A stretch of 64,000 nucleotides of DNA from Marsupella aquatica (taxonomy: Eukaryota; Plantae; Marchantiophyta). Of this stretch, positions 1-17,760 are shown piece by piece (position 1 is the first letter of the stretch; each line of letters begins with the position of its first letter). The translations under genes and the position numbers were made by a program. The DNA lies in assembly GCA_973895155.1 (NCBI GenBank), contig OZ316891.1, forward strand, positions 7,185,808-7,249,807, in the 5' to 3' direction. Below the pieces are notes generated by a model. The model saw only the letters and a list, made by a program, of their open reading frames with translations, searched no databases and was not told where the DNA came from.

Positions 1-369
1 AAACCCATGCCTAGGCAAAGGAAAGGTTCCCATATTGTACCTAGACCCCTCATCCCTGCCCCTATTTCCAAACACAGTCTAAGTATTTAAAATCTAGGTT
101 ACCAGACAAATGTTGGCCTATCTCTTCACTCCATGGAGTAGGTCAGAATGGTGGTTTTCAATCTTGAACTGCAGGCTTTAATAGTGAACTACAGTATAGA
201 TTTTATGGCCCATACACTACTAGTAAAGACAATCTGCAAATCAAGTCGGATTTGTCGGCAAACATCCTTGCATTGAGAGGGTAAGACAGACTACTAAATG
301 GCTTGATATGCCCCTAAATAAAGAATAGTTTCTAAAACTTGACAGTCAAATTTATGAACAATCTTATCA

Positions 370-3967
<3,598 letters not shown>

Positions 3968-5006
3968 GTTGAAGGTAGATGGAGTCAAACTTCACAATGA
4001 GATGTGGCACAACCAGTACTTAGTTCTTGTCAGCTGCAAATATCAAGGAAAGTCTTTAGCTCGGAGCCAATGACCATTGATTCTAAAACATATCAAAGAT
4101 CTGCAATGGATTGTACACTGAAAGACCAAAATAAATCATACTGATTGAAACTGAGCATCAATAGGTTTGAAGTTCTTAGAAGCTCCCTTGCATGAATAAA
4201 TCAGAAGAGTGCAATGGAGATCATTGCTATTGTTCAATCCAGTCACTCAAGGCTAATGGGTCTCTACTTCAACAACAGTGTTACAGTGAAAGAACTTTGA
4301 CTTAGATGGATCAGAGTAGAGGGAGAAAATATGGAATGCCAATTCCAGGTATCCAAACACATGTGCAAAAGTTTCTCCAGATTCTTGATGCAATCTTGTG
4401 CTTGTAACGTAGGGGACCATATTGTCATATGAGACAGTTTTAAGAGACAAAGCTAGTGATTGACCTTTTACTCATGGTTATAGTTGTTAGATATTTTATA
4501 GTGTGGTTGGCAATTGTGGATATCCTGCAGCAACAATTATTTGACTGATTTAAACACTATTTAGAATACAAAGGAAGGTAAGAATATGATGTTTAAATTT
4601 CTAAATTTTTGTCAAAAATCTTTTACCTTAAATGGACCAGTCCTATTGAAAATAAATAATTATAATTCTCAACTTATTTAAAAACTTACACAATCATCTG
4701 ATAACTTCGTTTTAAGAATATAGGTGTTTCTAATCTTTAAATAATGTTGTTCAAGAAAAAAACGAGTTGAATGATCATGAGTGAAGTAAGTTTTATTATT
4801 GACATTGCATGATTGTCATTGAACCTTGTTGCCAGGAACACAAAACATTGGTATTGTCTTTCATGTTTGGATGGATAATACTTCCATCTCGGAGTGGAAC
4901 TCAAAACTGGATCTTTGTATCAAGAGGCTAGTATAATAGCAGGTCAGACAAAAATAGAATTAGTTGCGTAACTTTTGCCACAAGGACACACTATAGAAAA
5001 CCAAAT

Positions 5007-6170
5007 ATGATACATGGGGAAGGGAGTGAGACCCAAACAGATGATGAAAACTGTATGCTTGAAGATTTTGTCTACAAGAGGGAATCAAGGCAACAAGAAG
5101 AGGAAAGAAAAAAATCCCAAGAAGCAAAGAGGATAGAGCTTCGCAGATTTAGAGAGGCCTGGAAGCAACAAGATGAAGGCAGAAAAAGGATAATTGAATA
5201 TCAAGAAGTAGAGGCTAAGCAAAGGAAGTTGGATGAGGATATGAAAAGGTGGAGGGATAAGGAAACCCTCAGAAGGGAAATGGAACGCAAAACACATATA
5301 TTTGAAAGTGAACATCTATGGGTCAATGATGAAAGAAAACAAATGAGAGAAAGCGTAAAGACATTTAAGGATTTGATAAAACATAGGCACCCATGCAATA
5401 TTGAAATTCAACCAAGGAACAAGGAGAGCAACAACCTAGAAAACTGCAAACAAGAGGAAGTAGAAGGGAACCAAGAAGAAGGAATGAGATATTCAAATGA
5501 GATAAAATCTAAGGCTACATATGATCATCTTGATGACGAGTTAAATGAGGAGCACAATATTCTTATGAAATTGAAAGAAGTAAAGAAAAGGAAAGGCATG
5601 GATCACAAGAGAAAATCAAATGATACCAAAAGAATGACATATTTAGAGACTTTAGACTATTTCAACTCAAAAGTTCTAGAAAGAGAATTTTGTATCACGC
5701 AAATCCTAAAACCAAAACAAGAGATAGACAAAAAAAGAGCTACTAGTCTTGAGAGAGCAACACGAGAGAAGGAAAAAAGGTTCATGAAATTGAATTACCA
5801 CATCCACAAACTTGTGTGTAAATCAACCAACATGCCCATAAATCTCAAGGATGAAATGAGTAGTATAATTGGAAAGGCAACTTCTATGGTAACAAGGGAG
5901 AAAAGGTTTTCAAAAGAGATCTTGGAGTCTAAAAGAATGGAATATGGTGATATTGGGTCCACCTTGAGTTCAACAGATCCCGCAACAAATAATGTCCAAG
6001 ATCTTGATAGAATAGATACAAGCAAGAAAGTAAGTAAAGATGTAGCTAGTGATAAACCCCATACTAAAGTGAAAACAGGCTATCTTGATTTCTTGAAGGA
6101 TTTGAAGAAAAGCAAAAGCTTGGTGCCAATCAAATGGTACAAGATAAACCCTTTCAAAGAAATGATTTAA
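5007..6170 (+). CDS. Intronless 387-aa Lys/Glu/Arg-rich, probably coiled-coil protein of unknown function
   Basis: An uninterrupted 1164-bp ATG-TAA ORF in AT-rich DNA, where chance ORFs of this length are unlikely. N-terminal half is charged and helical-looking; no domain recognised. Confidence 0.6.
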   Translation: MIHGEGSETQTDDENCMLEDFVYKRESRQQEEERKKSQEAKRIELRRFREAWKQQDEGRKRIIEYQEVEAKQRKLDEDMKRWRDKETLRREMERKTHIFESEHLWVNDERKQMRESVKTFKDLIKHRHPCNIEIQPRNKESNNLENCKQEEVEGNQEEGMRYSNEIKSKATYDHLDDELNEEHNILMKLKEVKKRKGMDHKRKSNDTKRMTYLETLDYFNSKVLEREFCITQILKPKQEIDKKRATSLERATREKEKRFMKLNYHIHKLVCKSTNMPINLKDEMSSIIGKATSMVTREKRFSKEILESKRMEYGDIGSTLSSTDPATNNVQDLDRIDTSKKVSKDVASDKPHTKVKTGYLDFLKDLKKSKSLVPIKWYKINPFKEMI

Positions 6171-9100
6171 GACAACGTGTGGATTTGCAATGCCACATGA
6201 AATTTTGAGAACAACCCATGTTCACATGAAAAGAAACCATGGTGTTTGGCGGAGTCCATTTCACATTTTGAAATTCACTGTGAGTTCTTGTAAGCAAGGC
6301 TGGCTTGCGATGACAGATGTGTTTGTGGGTCTGTATATAAAATCATACAAAGGTCATGATTTTTTTGGTACATTTAATTACACAAGAGGTTGTAGCGCAA
6401 CGCGCATATTTACTCGACTATTGTGGATGTCTAGAATACATGACTCGAAAGTGAATGTCTTGCTCAAAAGACTAAATGAGTCAATTAAAAAGTGAGAAAA
6501 CCAGTACCATCAAGTTGTCTTATGTCAGAATTAAAAAGTAAAAAGAAACGAGTACCATGGACCCAGTATATCACCCAGGTGTCATCTGTCCAAAAATTTA
6601 TGTGCTGTAAAAGGGACATGAATTATGGATCAATTTTGTGTTTTGCACATGGACATATATCAAGAAATTTATCAAATGCTATTAATTCAACGGTTTCTAC
6701 CCAACAAAATCTCAACATGTTCAGACAGTTAAGTATTACAGTTTTACAGCTCCTGCACTGATTCCAAAGCGCTAGCCAACTCCAAGACATTTGCTATAGA
6801 TTGCCCGCAGTACTTTCTAACCAGGGTTCAAAATGAAATATATTCAACATTGTAGCTCCATCAGTTTCTTGCACATGGAATGGCTGAATTGTGTTTAATA
6901 TCTTATCATTTAGTGCAAGCATAATTATTCATGAAAATCTAGATTTTGAATACTTGTAGTTGAAAAATGCCTAAATTGCATCTTTCTTTCCTAATACTAT
7001 TTATGGGTTTTTAAGGTCATATGATTCTAAGAAATAGAAGCTCTATATATTCTTTGTCATCGAACAAGGATCAAAGCAGTTTAATGTTCTGTTCTTATTT
7101 CTCATGTTCTTCTCAATTGAAAACTATAGTAGCTTCATTCACCAATGCTTCAAATTATGCTTTCAAGGAGAACAGTCAGCTCCTTGGAGAAAATTCTCAA
7201 TCAATCTTTCCAAGTTTGAACCAAATTACTGCAGGGGTTGACTGCTTCAGTGCCACATCCAAGCAAGCATGCAAGGTTGTCTTTTTTAGGTAGTTTTAGT
7301 AATAGTTAAGATCAACATGAATGGGAGCTTGATACACAATTTGGACGTTTGTATAGTATATTTGATTACTCTAAGCTGCTTCCAGTTCTACCAATATAGT
7401 AGTGTATTACTTCTCTAATTTGATCCTTTCATGAACGTAAATCTAAAACTGAGTGCACCCTTGTTAATCTAAATTGTTGACATAAACTACAAAGGATAAA
7501 CCTGAAGGAGCTTCTACAAGAAGAACAAAGCAAGCACACTCAACTGAGCACAATTGTGAGTACACGAGAAATAGAGTGAGAGGAAATTTCTCTGAAACTG
7601 CGCTTAGCAACACCAGATCAATGGAGAGCAAGCACAAGCGCACCAACCAATTAATGTAGGAAGGAATACCCATACAACTTAGAAGAACAAAACTTCCCAA
7701 GTGGCCCAAAAAGGTCTTATTGTAATACCTTACTTTCACGAGAAAACAAAAGAGTTGCTCGTCATGTGCTTTGAAGCCTGGCAAATTACATTCAGTCGTG
7801 TAAGAGCCCTCACCAAGCTGGCAAGAGCTTAGATGCAACCTTCTCACACTACATAGTTTTGAACTATCCTGCTTTTAGACATTAATGGACTCTTGGCTGC
7901 AACATCTTGCTTACAAAACTGGCAAACCACTTTCCATTCAAGGCAAACTGGGTTAGCTATATTCACTTTTTGCTTGAAAGTTGAAGAGAAACTTCTCACT
8001 GGTATATGTCAATTCCTGCTTATTTCTAAGACATCAGGCCATACATGAATAAATCTGCAGTCTTACAGTGGAATGCACTCTGGCCACCACCCTACCATAC
8101 TCCAAAATGAATAGAGAAGTTGAGCAAGCGGAGTTAAGAGTATAACAAAGTTCTGTAGGGAGGGCGGCTATCCCATCAAAGAGCTTTATTGAGCCTAATT
8201 TGTAGTGTATACACTCTTAATTGATCAAGATTTACCTTAGTGCTAGATGACACCCAGCCAAGCTGTGGGGAGAGAATAATTTAGAGGTGGCCTAGCAGTT
8301 TGCTAGCGTAGAGCAACCCACTTTGGCAATCTTTTGAGTTCAAGAGAAGATGGAGGCACACATGACTTGTGTTCCTTCCATTGAGAGCCTTCAGTGTAAG
8401 CAATTGGACTTATTATTCAATGAAGTAACTACTTCAAGGCAAAAAACAATTTATAGCCAACGGGACATGCCCTGCATGAGCTCAATAAAGTTTCTCTCTC
8501 AAAATTCACAATTTCTTGTTGTGCTTCCAGGGGGTAACAGTGCAGTAAAAGTAAAGAAGGGTAATTACATTGAGTTTTCAGATTTTTGTGCAAAGCTCTC
8601 AGAGAATCGCAAATTAAAATAACTTGTTTGCTTACTATCCGCGCAAGCCCACAAATACTTTGTAAAAAAATGCAATGCAAAAGGGGCCTTTTGGTGCCCT
8701 TGCGTTGTGTCATCTAGTAGGATGTAGTGACAGTGTTTATTGGGGGATGGTTTGCAATCTGGAAAGAGCAGCCTGGATAGACCCAATGATTTGACAAGAT
8801 GCTCGAATGGATTCACAGAACCCCAATAGACACAAACCAAATATTGCATTATACTCTCATAACACTATATACAAATTTCAAAGTACTTTGCTCTTGTTTT
8901 GTTGCAATATGGTTAGAGTGGGCCCATATGAGGAGCCCATTTTCATGATTACAAAGGTAGTGTGAATGACTAATTGAGGATGCCTCTCTTCATGACAAGA
9001 GTGTCAAACTCCATCACTTATCAGTCACTGGTATCAGGTATCAATTGTTCCCATATGTCGTCGTTTACAAAAACCCTAAACTTTCATACTCGATGAGGTA

Positions 9101-9514
9101 ACAGAGTTGAAAAAAATGACTCACCAAATGGATTGTTTCCCAAGTTTTATGATTCAATGAGGCTGTTGAGTGAAAAAGTGACTTAGCAAGGTTAGTCAAG
9201 TGGAAATTTCCTACTCAGCAACGCTATAGAGTGAAAAAGTGACTCAGCAATGCCAGCCAAGTGCAATTATGCACTTACAAATAAGTGTACATGTACACTT
9301 ATCAAGGGCTTGCACTTATAAAGTAGTTGTTTGGCAAAAACATCCCAGACATGTTGGCACTTACAAAAGGAGCAAAACCAACCCAGACTCCGCCAAAAAA
9401 ATGCAAGAAACAACACCTTGCAATTATCCAGGTTTTACCCTAATGGAATTTGCTTTTGTAGAGCCTACTGTAACCTAACCAAACCCATAAATCACAATAA
9501 ACCAAACCAACTAA

Positions 9515-9795
9515 CAATGTTTCTTCTAGTGGGCAAAAATTTGCCAAATTCCACCTCCCAAAAAAGTTTTCATCATTTTTGGCTAAAATTGGCTAGTATT
9601 TTTCTGTCTCATTAACCAGTGTCCCACCTGATCACAGGTCCCATTAGCCAGCACTAACGGTCATCCTTTAAATCTAAGGAGATCTGAAGGTCGGTCAAAA
9701 AATAATCAGATAAGGAATGTTTTGAGATCTTCTCCTTCACACACTGGACATTGGGCACTCTGGCGAAAAAGTGAAAACCTTAAAAAATACTCTGC
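9515..9795 (+). mobile_element. Dispersed ~280-bp non-coding repeat (MITE-like), copy 1
   Basis: Colinear with the reverse complement of 25995-26275 (shared blocks aaaattggctag, tttaaatctaagga, ataaggaa, atcttctccttcacaca, aaaacctta). Boundaries approximate; no clear TSD. Confidence 0.65.
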
Positions 9796-9847
9796 CCCCT
9801 AACCTTTGGAAATGGTTCTTAAAAAACAAAGCAGCATGGGACTCAGA

Positions 9848-9883
9848 TTTGGCGCCAGTCATGACTCAGATTTTGGCGGGAAA
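9848..9883 (+). promoter_or_regulatory. E2F-type binding sites upstream of WDHD1
   Basis: TTTGGCGC at 9848-9855 and overlapping TTTGGCGGGAAA at 9872-9883, within a short duplication (gactcagattt(t)ggcg x2), just before a pyrimidine-rich leader. Fits the E2F consensus and an S-phase gene. Confidence 0.75.
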
Positions 9884-10521
9884 AAACTCAAATATTGAGC
9901 TACAGAGTGACTGCTTTCAGAATTCCAGAGTCTGTCTCTTCAGCTCTTCTGAGCTCTCGTGTGATTTCCCAGACCTCCCCCTCGTCGACTCGATTTTGTC
10001 TCCTCTCTCGATCTGTGCCCACCCAATTCCCTCCTCCCTCTCCCCCCTCGGCTTCCCTTCCCTGTGACCTGCAACGGATTTTTGGTTCCACAAATCGGAA
10101 GAAGAGTCACAATGATGGGAATGGTGGAGATCCTCCTGGCTTGGCTGCTCTTCTCGCCGTTGATCGGTTCCTATTGTGCCCCTTCTCGAGCCAATTTCCT
10201 CCTCAATCCACAGTTCTACTGCCCCTGATGATCACAATCAGAACCCACACTCACATTTCGAGAAATGCGGGGTGCATTGCAGTCCATAGGCTCGGCTCCC
10301 GCTCCGTATACGTGAGATTTGGGACCTACATTGCATCGGAAGAGATTGCTGCACCCAATCTTTGTTGATTCCATCGGTGGCAAGCTGAACCTGCAATCGA
10401 TTAAGCTTCGGAGCTTGAAGTTTCATGTCATCTACAGAGGGAAACGACGAAGAAGTAGAATCTTAGCCCTCCAGTGAGAAGGTCAGCATTCGGGTGACTC
10501 CGAGGTGTGGAAGGGCGTACT

Positions 10522-13500
10522 ATGGCTGCGCCTGTGAAGCTGACGGAGGCGCATGGCCGAGGAGCTCGAGCTTGTGTCGTCTGGGACGTTCAGGGTAAGG
10601 CCCTCGTCACGGCTGGGGAGGATGCGCGTCTCCTTGTTCACAACCTGGGAATTCCCGACGCGCCTCCTGTTGCTGCGAAAGTCCTGCATCAGAAGGGTGT
10701 CACGGCTCTGTGTATGGCCCCCAATGGGCACACAGTCGCATCTGCTTCCCTTGACAAGACTGTGAAACTTTACTCGTATCCAGGTGCGAAATCTTCATCT
10801 CTTGATCTGCTTTCGCTCTTGAACAGGCAGCTCACTCTGTTGCATTGTTCTTCATTCCAGTACTCAGTGTGGAGCACGACTGAACGTTCCTTAACAAATT
10901 AGAATTCCTGTGCCTTGTTTACGTTCTTATCTCGACTATGTCTTACAATTGTTTAGAATTCCTGCATTTACTTCGGGAATTCCTTGGTTCTTTGGGCATC
11001 TTTTGAGTCATTACATTTTGCTGAACACTGCTTGGAATACTCAAATTTAACAACCTTTAAAACTCGTTAACGATCCCGAACTTTCTCGAATAGTTTAACA
11101 TTCCTCAACTTCCCCTCGAATTCCTTCATTACATCACAATGTATTTAACGTCCTTTAGTATGCGCTAAATTCCTGAACTTTCCTCAGAAATCTTCACATA
11201 TCGATTTTTTTTAAGGTCCATTAGATTTGTTCCATTTTCGTGAAACCTCCTTGGAACTCCTCCATTTCCTTGGATTAAGATCCCTTAGAATTGTTTATCA
11301 ATTCTCGGAAGAATTCATTGGCTTCCTGTACCAAGTTACATTTAAGTCCTACAAAGATCTTCACATTTCTTCAAACTCTCAGCAGGGCGCTAGGACAGAA
11401 ACGCCGGATACAGCTTACGGCCAAGACCACCATGTTGCAATGATGTAGAGGTGACCAACAGGGCAGCATGTGGGATGTGAAGACGTTCTTTGTGGATATT
11501 TCAGCCACCGGACTGCATCACGATTTATCCGGGATTTTGAAGTAGCATTTATTAGGTTCCTCTGCTGCCCAGTTGCTTTTAAGTTTCATAATTTGAGTAA
11601 CCATATGTAGGACGAAAAATCAACAAATCATCTTGGTCGGGATGCAGGTGCCAATTTCGAGTGCAATATCACGAGGTTCACTCTACCAATTCGCTCCCTG
11701 GCATACAGCATCACCGGTGGGCTCCTAGCTGCAGCAGGGGATGACGACGAGATCAAACTCATCAGCACAGTCGACAACTCCATCGTCCGAGTGTTGAAGG
11801 GGCATCAGGCACCAGTCCTCAGCGTAGCATTCGATCCGAAGAACGACAAACTCGCTTCCGTGGATAGCGATGGGACAGTCATCTTCTGGGATCTGGCATC
11901 TGGTGCCAAGAGCCACTGCCTCAAACATGCCGCTCCAGACGTCAATGTTGACGAAGCTGGTAAGAATGAGATAGCATGGCATCCTAGCGGCGACGTCCTG
12001 GCCGTTCCTGGCCACAAGTTTGATGTGGTAATGTATGACAGGGAAACTGCAGAGGTGATCTTCCGATTGAGGAATTGCCACAACACAGCTATCGGTTGTC
12101 TAGCTTGGTCACCAAATGGCAAGTACTTGGCCACAGCAGGACAGGATAGGAAAGTTATGCTGTGGGATACAGAGAGCAAACTGGATTTAGATAGGCTCAA
12201 AGTTGTCTCACAGGTGACGAGCCTCTCATGGAAGCCAACGGGAAATGCACTCGCATTAATCGACGTGGATGGAAAGTATGGTGTTTGGGAGGATGCCATT
12301 CCTACCCACTTACCTTCTCCTAGTGATTTGCACCAAACGCTGGCCGTGTTATCTCGTCAGGAGCTCCTTCATTTCAGCGATGATGACGGCTCTGATAAGG
12401 AAAATTCCGGCAGCGGTGATGAGGATTTAAAGTACGCTGGCGAGGACGAACCTTTAGATGAGGACGATGAGGAAAGTGAGGAAGATATTCCGAAAATTGA
12501 GGATGTCAAGAAGTCGAAGAAATCCGGCAAAGAGTCCAAGTTATTGAAGAAATCTTCCCAACTGAATGGATCGTCCTCTCCAAAGAAAGTCAAGAGGGAA
12601 AACAAAAAAAGTGGTGCCGGGGAACTATCCGCCATTCCACGCTATCAACCATGTGCCCACAAACCCAGGCCAGAGAAGCAAGCTGCCTTCCAACCTGGCT
12701 CCACTCAACCAACCGCCGGACTAAAACGATTTTTAGCTTACAGTCTACTGGGTTGTATTACCAGTTTTGAAAACGACGGCGTATCGCATGTGGAGGTGGG
12801 TTGGACTGATTTCTCGATTTGCACTCTAGAGAATTATGTGATTCAAGGCCTGGAGACATACAAATGGAATAGAACTGAGAGACGGAATTTTCCTACATGT
12901 TGAACCTTTCCATTCCGAAAACGAAGGAATGGTACCCATTCCTGTACAAAGTCTGGGTGAAGGAGGTTTGAGATCCCGTCTCTGGTGCAAATTGATGTGG
13001 AGTGGTGTTCTCTGTTTTGCTGCTGACTCAATTTCTTGCCACCAGGTCGAGTTCCATGATACCAGTCGAGGTCATCGTATGCCCGCGATGACGGACTTTA
13101 ACGGATTCACCATGGCAGCCCTGAGCGAGAACGGAAGCATTCTTGCCAATCCTCAGAAAGGCGACAAGACACCCAGCTCATTGTTGTACCGTCCTTGCTC
13201 CAGCTGGGCGAGTAATAGCGAGGTATGCACTGTCCCAGCGTAGATATCACTTCTTCATATATCCATTCGGTTGCATGTGCTCCCCCTCGACTTTCTTCGA
13301 ATAGAAATGATTTGTCAGATCTTGTTCTTGGCGATTGAAGGTTGCTTTCAGACTTTTGAGAACGTCCATCTGAGATAGATTTCTCTTCGTGTAGTGGTCG
13401 ATGCGTTTTCCCTTGGGCGAGGAAGTTAGAGCTGTGGCAGTCGGAGATCAATGGGCGGCAGCTGCGACCAGCTTGAATTACCTTCGAATATATTCTGAAT

Positions 13501-16500
13501 ATGGACTACAGGTGCTGCACTTTATCGTTTCTTGCTGTTTTTGACTGTTTGCGTCCACGATTTCGCTGCTGATGCGAAGCATGTGCCCATACAGTAGGTC
13601 TTAGTTCCATTCATGTAATTTACAAGTCTCTAAACTGAGAAGATTTCAGAAAACTTTATTGTTATCATTCCGAACCTAAAGGCAATTTTTGGAGGCACTG
13701 TCCCTGATACGCATCTGCAGAAGTACGTGCTCTCCTTGACAGGTCCAGTTGTCACTATGACAAGTCATCAGCAGTTCCTCGCCGTCGTGACCCATGCATC
13801 AGATCCGTTGGAGGGTGGCGAGCAGGTAGGGCTTTAAGAGCCGTAATCTCAGCTTGCGTATGACCATGTGGCTTGAAGAAAATTGTCTTGTAGGTTCCAC
13901 TGTCATTGTTTTGACTAAGCTATCCATGTCATCTTATCGTCCATACGTAGGTGCTCAAAAGCCAGTCATGTTAGGAATTCATCTGTCTTGAAATCATGAC
14001 GAGCGCACTTGACTCCAACTTTTCGTGGTCCTGCCTAACAGGTGATAGAGTTCAAGGTTTTTGACGTATCTAACCGTCAGCAAGTGCTGTCGGGTGCCCT
14101 CCCTCTCACGCCTGGTGCGAAGTTGACGTGGTTGGGGTTCAGTGAGTGTGGCACTCTCAGTTCTTTTGATTCTAAGGTATAGCATTACCTTGATCATTCA
14201 CAAGTCCCTATGGGATCACGGTTTGATTCAGTATTACATTAAAGATATGCCGAAGGTTCTGAACTCTGTTTCACTCAACATTGTGCAGGGTGTGTTGCGG
14301 ATGTACAGTAAGTCATACGGCGGTTGCTGGATTCCCGTTTACAGGTACTGTGACAACGTGCACAACATATTTTACATGAGCAAAGTTTTGACAGTACGCT
14401 TGAGCCCTGCTGTGACGCCCTACTCTGGACTCATGGCTTTTGTTATTTAATGATTTTGCATTCTCATAACAAGAAAACGAGGTTTAATAAGGTCTGGATA
14501 ATGCAGGATGTCGGCAGAGCAGGAAAGCGGTGGTGAGAATCTGTGGGTGGTGGGATTAGATTCCACCCAAATTTTTTGCGTAAAATGCAAAGCACCAGAT
14601 ATGCAACCTCAAGTGAGTGGTTGACTGTGAGTCGTGAAGTCCCACGATTTAAGATGCCCTCGTCACCACCGGTCTTATCTTCTCTGCATTCTCTGCTCGT
14701 ATTGATTTATATATGTCCCTAAGTCTGAAATGTCCTTTGGGACTGTATAGCGTCCAATGATCTGACCTCAATCCTACGTTGCAGGTAAATCCAAAGCCCG
14801 TCCTGAGTATGGTGAACTTTTCAATGCCGATTGCTCAATCTGACCTGGGAGCAGCTGATTTGGAAAACGAGCTCCTCTGTCGGTCTGTCTTTCTAGCAGA
14901 GGTATTGACAACTTTTCGCCATCAAGTTTGGGACTTCGTTGCTGACCGACTGAACCCCTCGTCTGTATTTTGCAACCCACTTGCTGATCCTCTATTGTTG
15001 TCGGAAACTTTTATCAGTGCAGTCCCCAATGCCCAGTTCAATTCAATTACATCGATTGTTTCATCTTGTTCACACTAGTAATGACAAATGTTACGAGGCT
15101 CCCCGCAGGAAGTCACCTCGGGTGATTTGTCTTGAGTACATCCTTTTCACTTATCTTCAGTCCTAAGTTTGATCTTGAAAATCTCTTTGAACCAAATCCA
15201 GACGCGCTCAAGGGCTGATGAAGCAGCTGCTAGAGGCGAGGAAGATGATTATGAAGAAGATCAGATATTGAAGATGGAAGCTGAGCTAGATCGGAGCATC
15301 CTACGCCTGATGGCTGCTGCCTGTCAAGGTAAGTTTCTGTCTCAGCGGATTCCCTAGTCGCTGTATCTCTCAAATACCATGCCTCGATGGTCTCTTAGAA
15401 CGAAAATGATTCATACACTCAGTATCTTTATCTACTTAGATTGCATATCTGACATTAATCCATGCGATCAGTATACGAATGTATAGGATTAGCTTATTGA
15501 CCTATGGACCAATAAAGTCGATCAGATCTTTTAGGTGGCTCTGCATATCTGACGGGCCATAGTTATTATTATACACACAGATTAAGGCACCTTGAGTTGA
15601 CCAGTTTAGGGACATACATTCTAGAGTTACCTATTAGCCAGCTATTTTGCTAGAAACCTTGTAACGGATTGTTTCATTCAATTGTTCAGTTCAAATTTCC
15701 TCACAGTGTTTTCTCTTTATCATATCTCTTCAGTTTACATAATATCAAAGCAGTTAGAACCCTTCGAGTCTAATTCAGGAGGAGTATTGGAGGGTGAGGG
15801 ACGCCTCAACCTTCTCCAGTGGATAGGTCGATAGCAAATAGGATCCCTCTAGCCTAATTCAGTAGGTGTAGTGGAGGTTGAGGGACGCCTTCGGCATTTA
15901 CCTTCAACTTTAATCGAGAGATCTAACTGAGAATTTCCTGATTCTATCAGAAATCCTCATTTGCAATTTCAAATCTTGGGCAATTTCACGTTTGTACACT
16001 AGATTTCCTCGAATTATAGGACTGCTGAAAATGAAAATTTCCCAAACGTTGATGGTACGTCATATTCCATGTGGCGACTAAGAAACTAAGAACGACCGGA
16101 GTGTTTCCTGCACATGCACTGATGTCTTGAGTGAATGGAACTCTTATTTAAACTATTAGTGCTGGCTACTGGGCCCGCCAGTATGAAAGAGTGAGAGAAC
16201 AAGAACAACATTGGATTATCCTTCATTCAAACTGAAAACGATGAGTTCTCGGATCCATCATATCAATGCATATTGAAGGTTCTCAATCATGGAATCTCAT
16301 CTGATCTTTAGTAATGTCAAGATTCAGTAACACAAATGTCTCTTGAAGGTCAGTTCACACCCTTAAGATGAAGGGGAGCAAAAGTGTGACAATCAATTTC
16401 AAAGCTGGTTTACAATAGTTGTAAATGTGTTTAATCACTTTCAGCGTCCTTATCTTAAGGGTGTGCAATTGATCTTCAAGACAATCTGTGCGATTGAATC

Positions 16501-17760
16501 TTGAGATTGATACAGATCAGATGAGATCTTCCATTGTCTGCAAAGCTTCAGGAATGTTACTTGTGTAATGTGATGAATATGGAATGATTGATTTTCGTTT
16601 GAATGAAGGACAATGCAATATTCTTCTTGTTTTCCCACCTTGAACACTGCCGGGTCCAGTACTGTAGCTGGGGCTGATGGTTGCATTCACTGAGACATTG
16701 ATGCATGGTGCTGAAAAATAACCGATCATTCTTAGTTGCCACATGTAATAGTTTCGCCAGGTGGACGCTTTTCCTCACTTTGTTATGCCGCTGGTCACCA
16801 GGTGATAGGCTGGCCAGAGCGTTGGAGTTGGCAACCATGCTTTCACTACATAAATCATTGGAGGGAGCAGTCAAGATTGTAACCGCAATGCATCTGCCAT
16901 CGCTGGCTGAGCGGCTGAACACTATGCTCGAGGTATGCAGCGTCCCTTCAAAATAATGAAAACACTTTTCAGCAATTTCCTATATCTGAAGCTATTTCGG
17001 ACATTAGACCCTTTCCTGGGTACATGGACTCTAACTACTTACTGCATGTGATGATTGTTTCGTACTTCAGGGAAGAAGAAATTTAGAAAAGTCAGCTGCT
17101 GCAGCCCAGGCATCTAGAAGAATGTCAAGAATCAAGCAAAGCCCTGTGCCTATGGAACCGTCCTCTTTCAGTGTGCGTAGCTCTCTGCGTCAATCACTTC
17201 CACCCCTGAATGCTCCTATTCTTCCTTCAACAAGGGGGGCCGTCATTTATCCTATTCCAGAACCTTCACCTCAGCAACCCCAACATACAGTCAGTGAACC
17301 TCCTCGACCTACGGACAGGTCAAATGCCAGGCTCGGGAATGTAGCCACCGCGAATGAAAGTGAGAGAAGAATGCAGAATGGAAACTCTCCCCACCATCAA
17401 CCTGTTGAACAGGCGACGGACGCAGAAGCTGACACAACTACTCCATCCGAAGAACCTGCCTCGAGTGCCCTTGACAGTCAGCCGGCTTCCAAGCCTTCCA
17501 ACATCTTTGCAAAGCCATCCACCTCTTCCAATCCCTTCGCAAAGGCTTCCAACTCTTCCAACCCTTCAACAACCAAGCCAAGCGGGCTTTCTGGAGGTGA
17601 AGTTTCGTTGCTAGACTCCCTTAAGAAGATGCAAAAGAAAAGCACGGAGACAGATGGCCAGAAGATACTTTCCGAGACAGATAGTAAGAAGAAGAGGAAG
17701 GTGAAGTCCAGTGCTGATAAACCGAAAAGGCCGCCAAAAGCAGCCAAAGAGGCAAGCTGA
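10522..17760 (+). CDS. WDHD1: Replisome hub AND-1/CTF4 (WD40 + SepB domains), 12 coding exons
   Basis: Exons 10522-10783, 11648-12795, 13046-13222, 13395-13511, 13721-13825, 14042-14176, 14289-14344, 14507-14612, 14785-14901, 15202-15328, 16802-16932 and 17071-17760, all GT-AG and in frame. Motifs ITRFTLPIR, WD40 repeats, QAAFQPGST, RFLAYSLLG, VEFHD, RALELA and a low-complexity NPFAK tail. Confidence 0.95.

Noticed and set aside
10238-10426. Minus-strand 62-aa ORF with a gtgagt donor as a divergent gene
   Set aside because: No recognisable domain or downstream exons; it lies within the probable WDHD1 leader.
10890-11350. Recurrent (g)aattcct motifs in WDHD1 intron 1
   Set aside because: Degenerate low-complexity sequence with no definable period or termini.
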